A program made the position numbers and the translations under genes. Positions 24,601 through 35,768 of a DNA stretch of 64,000 nt are shown piece after piece; positions within the stretch are counted from its first letter, which is position 1; each line of letters starts with the position of its first letter. The stretch spans positions 8,060,001 to 8,124,000 of the forward strand of contig JBHGNT010000022.1 of NCBI GenBank assembly GCA_043228905.1. The letters are read 5' to 3'. The notes beneath the pieces are model-generated. The model was given only the letters and a program-made list of their open reading frames with translations. It ran no database searches and was not told the DNA's origin. This DNA is from Azolla caroliniana. Lineage: Eukaryota; Plantae; Polypodiophyta.

Positions 24601-27517
24601 CCCTCTGGGATATCGTCATTTCCCTCTCTAGGGATTCCTGCGCTTGTCGCAGTTCCCGGATCGCCGCTTGGTCCGGTTCTTCCGGCGTCGTAATGTACGG
24701 TTCTACTGCCGCCGTGATATCCACCTCAAATAGTGGGACGATTCGTGGGTGTTCCTCGAGGTACCGCTCGACTTCCTCGTCCAGTAATCCCTCCAACATG
24801 TTAATGCTTTCCGCATACAATGGAGTTGCTTCCTTACTGGTGATCACCCGTGGTTGTGTCGTTACTCGTACCTTTGTTTTCCCTCGCCGGAATGTGATCA
24901 TGTTCTTTTGCCAGTTCTGCTTGATATGATCCGTTCGCAGCCATGGTCATCCTAGCAGTAGGGGGTACGCGCCTTGTACATTCAGCTGCAGCACCATGGC
25001 CGATATCCGGAATACGTGGCCTCCGATCGTTATTTCCAAATCCCGGATAAGCCCGGTCGGTCGGACTGAGCTAGTATCCGCCATGCGTAACCAGAAGGGG
25101 CATGGTTCCCATTCCCGGATGCCCAGGTCGTTGCATGTCTGTTGGCTGATGACATTTACCCCGGAGCCTCCGTCAATGATCGTTCCAGCAATTTCCTTTC
25201 CTTTCACGATTGCCGTGATCGCCGGGCTAGTTGTATCGACCACCGCTGGTCCTTCCTCCGGGTTGGAGAAGAATGCCGGTGCTGGCGTCGGCTTCGGTTT
25301 GCTGACGGATGCCTGTAGGTCTACCGTAAATCGTGGCACTAACTGTAGTAGTCGTGCTAACGGCAGCACGATTTGACAGTCCTGTAGCGCTTGCCACGTC
25401 GGGTTTTCTCCTGGCTGTATGATTTCTTCGTCTTTTGGCATATTTTGGTCTCTTACTTCTGCCGCATTCTGTTCATTGGCCTCCTTGATCCATTGTGTCG
25501 CTTGTTTTCTGATTGCCTCCTGGGCTTCCCACTCGGCGGTCTTTCCCTTTGACCGGGTTGTGACCTGCTGTACTTCTATTATTTCGGCTGTAACCATGTT
25601 GACTTCCGGCTGCTTGTCATAGCTTTTGCTTGGGCATTGGTTACTATAGTGGCCTTCCTTGCGGCAGTAATAACAGTACACCTTGTGACTGTTGCTCGTT
25701 TCTCCTTTGTCCCCGGTTTGGAGCGTGGGTATGCTCCGGCGGTCGTCTTCGGTTTTTCGGTTATCCGGTACCGATACCGGGTTGTCATTCCTTGCTGCCC
25801 CCCGACGTTCCTCTCTTCGGAAAAATCCACGCTTCTGATTCCGTCGGAAATTTCGGTTCCCTTGTCGCCTCTCTTCTCTGCGTCGGTCGTATTGCGGGGA
25901 TTCGTCTCGGTCGTGCCGGTCCCGGGGGTAGCTATCTTTGCGTCTCTCCTCTCGGTCATAGTTGTCGCGTCTTCTATCAGCGTATCCTTGTCGCCTCTCT
26001 TCTCTGCGTCGGTCGTCTTCCGGGGATTCGTCTCTGTCGTACCGGTCCCGGGGGTAGCTATCTCTGCGTCTCTCCTCTCGGTCATAGTTGTCGCGTCTTC
26101 TATCAGCGTATCTGTTACCGCGTTTGCGTTGGTAGCGGTCGTCTCTCCGGAATCGATCCTCGTCCGGGTTCTGATTGCGCGGTTCTATGTGTCGAACCGG
26201 TGCTGCTTGCCGATTTAACAGGTTATATTCGCATCGGTCCGTTGTATGGGCTCGAGAGTTGCAGATCACACATTGTGTCCGCAGGGTGCAGTCCACTGTT
26301 GAGTGCCCCGAATTTAGGCATGTTGTACATTGTAAGGCCTGTCGGAACCTCAGGTCTTCCTCCTTTGGGAGTGCCCGGTGTAACATCCCCATCGACAAGA
26401 AGGGGCTAGTCTTGTCCATTTCTAAAACCCAATCAATAACTTGGTCCATTGTGCTGGTTTGGAAATCAAGGACTCCGCACATTGTTCGAAGTGGCTCTTT
26501 CAGTGCGGCCAGAAAGACTGCTTTGGCTTCGTCTTCGGGTGGTGCTCTTGTCAGTTGGTTGTGCAGGGTCTGGAACCGAATGATGAATTGTGGCATAGTC
26601 TTGTTCTCTTCCTGCCGGGTGGTGTAGAACTGCCCGACCAATTCCCTTTGCTCAAATTGTCTGTGAAAAAACCTGAGGAATTTGGCCTTCAAGGCATCGA
26701 ATGTGGCAAAGCTGCCCGGTAAGTGCTTTGCGTGCCATTGGGCCGCCGGTCCTTCTAAGGTTATGCCGAATTCGGCGATTTTGGATCGTTCGGCTTCGGG
26801 CTCTGTCAGTCTTTGGGAGATATGGTTGGCTTCCCATGTTTGGAGGAATGCGTACACGTGTGCCTCCGCGTCGGCCTCATCCCGGTACTTTGGGTATGGG
26901 TACGGCATCGTGTCGTCCAACTGACTCTCCTGTTTCCTCCGCTCTCTGTCCGCTGTTGGCGTTGGTGTGAGAACCTTTGGTTCCTCCGCGGGTGTTGCCG
27001 GTGTCCGGTCCGTTGGTTCCTCCGCGGGTGTTGTCGGTATCCGCTCCCTCCGTTCCCTCGCGGTTGTTGTCGGTATCCGGTCAGCCTTCCTCGGCGGTTG
27101 CCGGTCACCGAATTCCAGGGTTATTTCTTCCTCTGGCGCCGGTGTTACTGAGTGTTCCGACCCCTCGTCCTCCCGGTTGTTTGGTGTGTCGTGGCTGCTT
27201 TTATACCGGGATGCAACGCTTCCGTCGCTTTCCGACTCCGCCTCAAGTGTTGCGAATGCTTCCGAGTCCCCGTCGCCCGCGGCGAGCGTCTGCAGTATCG
27301 TTTCCGCCTCTTGCAGGCTTGTTATGCTACTGCCTTCGTCGGGGATTTGCAAAACCCGGAACTGTAGTGCTTCTTCTGCGACTCTCCAAAGAGTTTTGGA
27401 GAATGACCGATCCCGCCAGATCTCGTCGACGGCTTGCTGCAGGGCTTCCCGTCGTTGCTCGCGTTCGGTGTATCGTCTCCCTCGTTCGGTGATGTGGTCG
27501 TCGTTTGGTCTAGACAT
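21622..27517 (-). pseudogene. gag-pol of element F (gag, CCHC knuckles, protease, RT, RNase H, integrase)
   Basis: CYYCRKEGHYSNQC, IIDGGSG, LDGFSGYNQI, FLDD, VDASD, integrase HHCC and YYPQANGLAE. TGA at 24947 and a frameshift near 24540. 126-bp tandem duplication in gag (25861-26110). Confidence 0.93.
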
Positions 27518-28049
27518 CCATCCCCCGGTTGTCCTCTGCACTTTGCAGGAATCGTGGTCGCCAAAATAGTGTTGCCTGTCTGGCCGGACTAGCCTCAACA
27601 CAGGTGTCTATCCGACACTTCTCCAAAGGGGTGGTAAGGGTTGGATGCTAGGTTACACGCGTAAGATGATTACAATTAAGCACATACGGTAAACAATACG
27701 AGATACAGATAAACACGCAATAATTACTATTGTATTACTTCCGTCCCCCCTTTACAAATCATCGGATCCTTTTATAGGCATCCGGCAAGGTTACAATCAG
27801 TGCGCTTAGGCAACCGACATCCGAATCGGTCCGGATCCGTCCCTCCGAATAATAATTCTACTATTATTTACTTCCTATTATCCGATCCGATTCCGCCTTC
27901 CCACTTGTCCTTGCTCTTCTGACCGGCCAACACTATTCAATAGGAACCTATAAATAAGGTCATACATGTATTCTCAAATAAATTCGAATCAACACCAGTC
28001 TTTAGCTCTCATTACTTATCTTGTGAAAAAAGCTCAACATAGTGCAACG

Positions 28050-29067
28050 TGTGAACAAACCTTTTGAGAATCTCTGATTACTCAAAGGTCAAGAGTCACA
28101 CCACTACTCTCTACACATTAACTATGTGTCATAGAATCATATTCTATGACACATAACTAATGAGCTACATATTCCCCTATTATTCCTTGGTCGAACCCAT
28201 CGTGGTCGCCAAATTTGTGTTACTCCTCTCCTGGACTAGCCACTAACACAGGGTGTCCTTCCAGATCACTTCACCACAGGGGTGGTTGCGGTAAGGATTT
28301 CCGACTCTGATAGGTTTCAATCGGTTAATGTCTGGTGGAGATCCAATTCACAACACACAGTGTTACACGCGTAAGATCAATACATTAAACATAGGACCGA
28401 ATAAAGATCAGATAGATAATAATAACACGCTCTTATATTAATGTTTCATGCTTCATACAATGATATCCGGATCCTTTTATAGGCATCCGGTCTGTGCTAC
28501 AAATGAATCAGTCCGGATCCGAATCGGCATACCTCTTCCGGATCCGAATCGGCATACCTCTTCCGGATCCGTCTGTTCCTAACATAATTCTTAATTATTT
28601 AATTATATTTCTAGGAACCAGCTCGCCTCTTCCTCCTTCCATACTTGGCCGCCACTGGCCAACATCCCCATGACTATGAGTCTTCACATTCCCAAGAGAG
28701 AGAGTGGTTGTTGTAGTTAGTTAATGAAGAGAGTGGGTGACTATATATAAAGCACCCTTCTCACAGTTCATACTAGGTCGGTTGTGACTCCTTGTTATGC
28801 TACATTTTGTAATTCTTATTCTACTTGTGAAATATACACTTTCTTCTTGAGTATTCCATTTTCCTCTCATTTATCTATCTTGAGTTCTCTTTTCTCTCCT
28901 CTGTTTTTCTCTCACACATATACGCGCATAACGCACATAACACACATCTATTCCATTGCACAAGAATCATCATCGATTCTTTATAGAGAGGTACTTGCAA
29001 TGTGACTCTTAAAACCTTTCGTGCCTTCATTGCCCCCAGCCTGTTGTCATGAAGATCCGTCACTACA
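28050..29067 (+). mobile_element. Probable solo LTR hosting the insertion above
   Basis: TATA-like ctatatataa at 28741 and end cactaca at 29067; start uncertain and no TSD found. Confidence 0.3.
28178..28664 (-). mobile_element. Internally deleted relative of element F (5' LTR plus PBS remnant); probable TSD TCCCC
   Basis: LTR 28218-28664 shares blocks with the F LTR (gttacacgcgtaagat, cggatccttttataggcatccgg, ggccaaca). Same TGGCGACCACGA PBS at about 28200-28211. tcccc at 28173-28177 and 28665-28669. Confidence 0.75.
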
Positions 29068-29552
29068 TGCGGATCGTGAGGCAGAACCGCCAGGGTCCTG
29101 GACTGGAAGGATTCGAAGTTTTTACTAGCTTTAGTGACGAAGGCTTTTAAAATAGATTGAGAGAGATTGAGATTAATATGAGATGTAAACGCTTGACTTT
29201 AGGTTGAGAGAGATTGATATGGCGAGAGAGAGATAGAGAGTGAGACAAATAAGTTCGAACTTTTAACTTTAGATTTGAGAGACAAGATATATCATCAATT
29301 GGATAACGAATTTCTTACTTTTAATTTTAATTTTGATATAAAGTACAAAGCTCCCTTTTATCTTTTTCATCCACCCTTTTATAGATGCTCACATGCATCA
29401 TATGATGCATGTGAGGGTACAAGACATGCATACACTTCATGGAATGCATGTTTGCCATTTGGCGCTTATGCATCACATGTCACTCAATCAAGCTCTAATA
29501 TGAGAATTTACATGTAAAGCTATAATGATAAAAATATAATCTTTAAAGAAAT

Positions 29553-29620
29553 GATTTGGCTTAATGGTAAACCTATTGCTTCCTATCTTGGAGGTGTAGA
29601 GTTCGAGTTTTGCTTACATC
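29553..29620 (+). other. Decayed tRNA-derived (SINE-like) head
   Basis: TGGCTTAATGGTAA (box A) ... GAGTTCGAGT (box B), followed by a T-run. Confidence 0.45.
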
Positions 29621-30464
29621 TTTTTCTTTTATGCACAAAATATTATTAGGCTTTTGGACCTAATATCTTTAAGACACCATGCACCGCGATCAACCGACCC
29701 AACCGATCCATCCGATTTGCATCCGTTTGGTTTGGCCCAGTTAGCATCTCGAGTCTCTTGCCGGTCACTGGCTCACCGGCTCCGTCCCTGGTTGCCGCCG
29801 GCTCACCATCACCATCGGTTTTGGTTGGCCAAAAACTTTTACAAGTAGCTAGGCCACACCCACTCATCCAATTAGCTTAGTTCAAGTCACCTTGAACTCT
29901 CTATCTTCCACACATAGACACAAAGATAATAACTTTTATTCTGCCTTATATATGGTAAGATCCTTATTTGTCCTGTCTATGTGGGATCTCTCATAGTTTT
30001 ATCCTTCTCTTTTCCTTTGCAAACTTCCTACCCTCATAACTTGAAACTTAGATGTTCGTTTCTTATGTAGTAAAGTGCATTTGAAAGCTCTTGAAGACCT
30101 CCATCTTTTTGTACTAAGATATTAAACTTATTTAAAATAGTATTTTCACTATTATGAATCATACTTGATTTTGTATGTTTTATGCGATTTTCACACCATT
30201 GCCGAAAATCTTCACGACACCGTCTTGTGAAAGACACTGGTTGAGGAAACAAATCAAAAGTAGAGAAAACAATCCATGAATTGTTAGCTATTCTTTAGAC
30301 ACAATGCAATGTATCATATCTATAGACAACAACCAAAGTACTTATATTCAGAAACAAGCCCTTACAAGTCATAGTTATGAACCTTTCAATACTTCTTCAA
30401 CCTGCTCTTGTTTATTGCAAATTTGAAGGCGATCCAATACATTATATTGTCAACTCAAAAAATA

Positions 30465-31350
30465 TGCTTCATCTTTCCACATCAACCATCTTGCCGGTTA
30501 CCACCAACTTCCTATACATCACAAATTGGAAGGCAGACCAATAGATTATATTGTCAACTCAACAAATATGATTCCTCTTTCCACATCAACTATCTTGCCG
30601 GTTACCACCAAATTCCTATCATCCAACTTCCTATATACTCTCCTGATGGGCTTATGCTTCGGTTCCCACACCATCATCACTCATCCATATAAAAAACGTA
30701 CAAATTGCTTCATGAAGTCCTCATCAACCATCTCATCGATTACCACCAAATTCCTGCACAGAGATAATAAATGGGTTTAAATTCCTCATCTTCTCATGAG
30801 AATATGCTTCGGCCTCCACACCATCATCACTCATCCTTATCCAAACCATGAAAATTGTTTCGTTGAGTTCACATCAATCATCTCGCCGAATACCACGAAA
30901 ATAACTTGCAAATACAACAATACAATGAGTCTTGTTGGCTCATCTCCTCACGAGAATATGCTTCACCTCCCACACCCTCATCACTCATCCTTATCAAAAC
31001 ATACATTCTTCTTCATCAATTCCACATCAAACATCTAGCCGATTATCGCCAAAATCTTGTACATACAAACAATTAATGAGTCTAGTCTTCTCAAGAGACT
31101 GTGCTTCAACCCCCACACCACAATCACTCATCATTATAATAAAAAAAATTTAATAAAATGAATCGTGCTTCATAAATCGACATCAAACATCTCACTCACG
31201 CTGATTTACCACCAAAATCGTGTACCTACAAAAATAAAGTGGCACCACTCCCCTCGTTTGCTAATTAAATTTGTTACAGCCCTCAACACCTTCATCACTC
31301 ATCCTTATCCAAAATTAGGAGATGCTTCATTTTCCACATCCAACATCTCA
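30465..31350 (+). repeat. Degenerate ~150-bp tandem repeat (5-6 units)
   Basis: cacaccatcatcactcatcc recurs near 30667, 30817, 30971, 31115, 31285; ccacatcaaccatct...ttaccaccaaa recurs in step. Confidence 0.75.
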
Positions 31351-31989
31351 CCCCTGTCACTCCACACAACTGCCCCTATCACATCCGCCTCTTTTATCTC
31401 CTTCTTGTCAAATTGTAAGTTGAAAAGAGTAAGAAGAAAAAACTATATACTTCACAATTATATTTGAAATAAGAAAGGACTAGGAGGAGGGAATAACCAA
31501 CGTGGTGGAGCAGAATTCCAACTCCAATGTGATTCATCTAGCCAAAGATGTATTGGCCACCATATTTAACGAAGTTTTCGCCTTTGCTTATGCACCTTTT
31601 CTGGTGTTCCTTTAATATTATCATACTCTCCCTTAACTATGTGCACCAAGTTGTCCCAAAACATCTTAATCATATCCACCACATTGTACTCGATGCCTTT
31701 ATATTTCTTGTTGCAACGACACTTCCACCACACCTATAAGGCATTAACTGAAACAATATTCCAAAAAAAAGAATTTCTAAAATATTTACCACCAACAATG
31801 TTTGGACGAACTGCTTCAATTGTAGTCTCTGACATACGTAATGCTTCCGTGCATTGCTCCGCCTCATACAAAGATACCACACATTCAAAGACCCCTAGAA
31901 CAGCCCCCCATGTAACAACTGCTCCCTTATATTTACAAGAAAACATCCTCAATATTCTTCCCCAATACTTTCGACTGTCATAGACATAT

Positions 31990-32070
31990 GCCACAGAGGA
32001 AGGTAGGGATTGAACCCAAGACCTCATGGTCTCTATTGGGCAAACCCTACCATGTGAGCTACATATGCAT
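31990..32070 (-). other. tRNA-like Pol III cassette within the 5' LTR of G
   Basis: Minus strand: gcatatgTAGCTCACATGGtaggg...gaggtcttgGGTTCAATCCctacc (boxes A and B at tRNA spacing). Confidence 0.65.
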
Positions 32071-32320
32071 CCTTGTATTTAATTCAACTTCATATACTGT
32101 AGATTGAACATTGGAAGTTCCTAGCTTACATGCATTCTCATTCTCTAGCTTGCATGCATCCTCATGCATTCTCTAGCTTGCATGCATCCTCATGCATTCT
32201 CTAGCTTGCATGCATCCTCATGCGTACTCTATTGCATGCATCCTCATGCACTCTATTTCTAGTTGGCTTACATAGCCCTACCCTCTTGTATAAATACTCG
32301 TGTGCACCTTGATTCTAATC

Positions 32321-32442
32321 AAGGTGTACAACACAAGTTACAGATTCTATAAGTTGAGTTCTTGTTCTTTTCCTCTCTCTTGTTCTCCAGTCTTATCTTC
32401 GTTCTACTCTATTATACTTGTCCGTGACAGTTTGTACACCTT
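32321..32442 (+). promoter_or_regulatory. Self-priming signal: 11-nt R sequence complementary to the PBS position
   Basis: TATAAATA at 32289; AAGGTGTACAA (32321-32331) is the exact reverse complement of TTGTACACCTT (32432-32442). No TGG tRNA PBS is present. Confidence 0.8.
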
Positions 32443-35400
32443 TCTTTTCTTGCTACCATGTCCGGCTCCGTCGACAACCTTAACCAAATCATGGCAGCCT
32501 TCCAACAACTTCAACTAGAGAATGAAATCCTTCAGGAATCATTACGAGAGTTGCAATCCGGCACTTCAAGAAATCCACTAGCCGCCGAGTCACAACCACC
32601 GTCGACACCTAGCCCGACCATGTCCTCTTCTCATCCATATGTCCTCGAACCAACCATCAGCCTACCCGACAAATTCAATGGCACGAGGGCATATCTTCGC
32701 AGCTTCATCAACCAAATTCGGCTTATCATCCGATTACAACCCCAACGCTATGCTAGTGACTTTTCTCAGGTTGGGCTTGTCGGCACACTTCTCTCTGGGC
32801 CGGCGCAAGCGTGGTTTGCACCCTTGATCGAGACCTCATCCCCTCTCTTGGAGGACTTCACCGCTTTCATGGAGGAGCTCGAAGCGACATTTGGCGAGAC
32901 AGATTGGGGACAAACGGCACTCACAAAGCTTTATTCTGTCCAACAAGGTTCATGTCCTACCTCGATCTACGCCTCAGAGTTCCGCCAGATTGCCTGCGAT
33001 GTTAGTTGGGATGACCAAGACCTATGCAACCATTTCCATCGTGGTCTCCGAAATGACGTCAAGGCTCTTCTCTTAAACTTCCCGGAGCCCACATCGTTGT
33101 CTCAGGTAATCTCCCAAGATGTCCAGTGTGACAATCGTCTTTTCGAACTTCGTCAAAAAGAACGGGGGACTCGCGAGTCTCAGGCTTCTTCTCAGAACGC
33201 AACAATCACTAGGCCCTACTTGTCACCCACGCCAACCTTACCATCAGCCAGTGAAAACTATACCACTATGAAGGTCGATTCCCATACCCCGATGGAGATC
33301 GATCATGCTTGGTTCCAACCACTAATTGAAACCCAACGCCAACATCGTCGGGACAATGGACTCTGTCTCTATTGTGGCAACCCCGGCCATGTCATCCGCC
33401 ACTACCCTATACGAGGCCCTCGACACCAATTCCATTGTGCACGTCTTGCGGAGGTTCCTCAACAATAGGAAAACGACCAAGTCTGGCTGCAGTAGGAGCC
33501 ATGCCGCTGGACGCTTCCCGTTACTCACCTTCTCCATGCTCCTACAAGTCCGAACCGCCATTAGGAGGGCAAGTAAGTCTTTGTTTTGGTTCGACTTCAA
33601 TACATTCTCATGCCTTGCTCGATTTCGGAGCATCTACTTGCTTTATCGATAAATCGTTTGTATGTGCACATAATATCCCCACCGTCTGCACATCACAACC
33701 CATATCCGTTGAAGCGATCGACAATCGGGTTCTCTCATCGGGAGCGGTTACCGAAGCCACTATCCCGTTGGTACTTCAAATCGGGGAACACCAGGAGGAA
33801 CTGACGTTCTACCTCATCGCGACCCCCCGACATCCGATTGTGTTGGGGCTATCTTGGTTGGAGACACACAATCCTACGGTGGATTGGTGTAGCCGCTCCA
33901 TCACTTTTCCAACAGCGCCAATTTCTGCTCAGTCACGACACTCTCTTGATTATGTTGCGGTCGAGTCCGGTTTGGTCGCTACACTGGTCGTTGTGTCAAG
34001 GAATGTCACCGTTCCTGTCACCAATTTACCCATCCGATATAGGGACTTTTCCGACATCTTCGAAAAGCGGAATGTTGATCGATTACCGGCTCATCGTCCC
34101 TACGATTGCCCAATAGAACTCCAAGCTGGCGAGCATCCCCCATTTGGTCCTATCTATGGGTTATCCGAACCCGAACTTGAGGCTCTCCGCACATATTTGT
34201 CTAAGAATCTCGAGAAGGGCTTCATTCAACCCTCCAAATCACCGGCTGGGGCACCAATCTTATTTGTCAAAAAGAAGGACGGCTCCTTATGCTTATGTGT
34301 CGATTATCGGGGTCTCAACAAAGTTGCGGTACGTAATCGTTATCCTCTGCCCTTAATTCCAACGCTCCTCGATCGACTCTGAACGGGGGTGTATCTTCTC
34401 CAATATCGACCTTCGAGGTGCCTACAATTTAGTGCGCATCAAGCTTGGGGACGAGTGGAAAACAACTTTTCGGACGCGCTATGGACATTTCGAGTACAAA
34501 GTGATGCCTTTCGGCCTTACCAACGCTCCGACCGTCTTCTAGCACATGATGAACGATATTTTTCGTGAGTATCTCGATCATTTCGTGGTCATCTACCTTG
34601 ATGACATCCTAGTTTTTTCTTCCAACTGGGAGGAGCACACACACCACGTACGACTGGTTCTCACCAAACTCCGAGAATATGGGCTCTTCGCCAAAAGTGA
34701 GAAATGTGAATTCGATTGGACTTCTGTGGAATTCCTAGATTCCATGATCTCACCTACCAAGATCATGTTGGGAAATAGGTCCCTCCGGATGGGAAAGGAG
34801 ACGATCAATGCCGATGAACAAACTCGGCCGATGCCGATAGTCCGGATGGGAAACCGTATGAGGTGGACCCGGCCACGGAGAGCTGGATGATGCAGACCCG
34901 GTGAAGATCGGATGAGGAGTACCCGGCTACGGAGAGCCGGATGGTACAGACCCAGTATGAACCGGATGAGGAGTACCCGGCCACGGAGAGCCGGATGATG
35001 CAGACCCGGTGAAGACCGGATGAGGAGTATCCGGCTACTGAGAGCCGGATGATACAAACCTGATGAAGACCGGATGAGGAGTACCCGGCTACGGAGAACC
35101 GGATGAAGAGACATATTCGTAAATATGTTTTCTGATAGTCCATCGAGGCTATATTTGTAAATAGCCGAAAAGTCATATTAGTATAAATATGACTTAGGGC
35201 AAACTTTTAGTAACTGTTGTTACTATTGTTGTAGTTGTTGTCATTCTGGTTGGTGCAAGAATAGAGAGTGTGCGTAACTGTACAGAGAGAGAGAGAGAGA
35301 GAGAGAAAGAGGTCGTTGCCTCTGTTGTAACCGCCGCCTGTGGTGAAGATCTGTGAGCACGAGGTCGGTGCCTCAGTGAACTCACTGTTGTACATTTTTA

Positions 35401-35768
35401 CATAGTGACAGTTTGCAGCCTCCTAGTTTTTCCCCTAGTTTGGGGTTTTCCACGTAAACCTCCTGTGTATTCTCTCCTTCTTTGTGTCGCGTTTTATTTC
35501 CCGTTTTCTGTGTATCATTCTAAGCTCGGTTGTGGCCGAGTGTTGCGCAACAATTCAGTGTGGAAGTCGAAGATGAGTGACATGCTCGTGGTTAAAGACC
35601 TCTGGTTGCCGGTTCAGCTCGGGGACAAGAGACCGGACAAAATCGACGCCGCGATATGGGATGTGATGCACATGAAGACAACGGCGTACATACGGTGCTT
35701 CATCGACATGAGCCTGTACAACAACTTCAATGAAGAGAGCAAGGCTTATGAGCTCTGGGAGAAGATCG

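Larger units (their letters stand above)
17813..27932 (-). mobile_element. Full-length non-chromovirus Ty3/gypsy F (Athila/Tat-like) with an extra 3' ORF; TSD CTATT
   Basis: LTRs 27570-27932 and 17813-18200 are near-identical (a few substitutions and one 25-bp indel). CTATT at 17808-17812 and 27933-27937. PBS TGGCGACCACGA at about 27552-27563 (tRNA-Arg type). Confidence 0.96.
14916..28040 (+). mobile_element. Ty3/gypsy chromovirus E (5'-truncated, decayed); its 3' LTR is interrupted by element F
   Basis: [25 protein letters not shown], RNase H EADASDFALG, integrase [14 protein letters not shown], chromodomain EYEV..ILDS..YLVDWLGY (about 17374-17540). PPT gaaggagggatag 17584-17596. LTR 17597-17812 resumes at 27933 and ends near 28040. 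Confidence 0.9.

Noticed and set aside
18136-27601. Many plus-strand and alternate-frame ORFs over element F and the copia copies
   Set aside because: Shadow ORFs of GC-rich coding sequence with no recognisable motifs.
29070-31450. Host protein-coding gene
   Set aside because: Only short ORFs without motifs; no convincing exon chain found.
31990-32070. Functional tRNA genes (also 17618, 29553, 52065)
   Set aside because: Boxes A and B are present, but I could not form convincing acceptor and anticodon stems.
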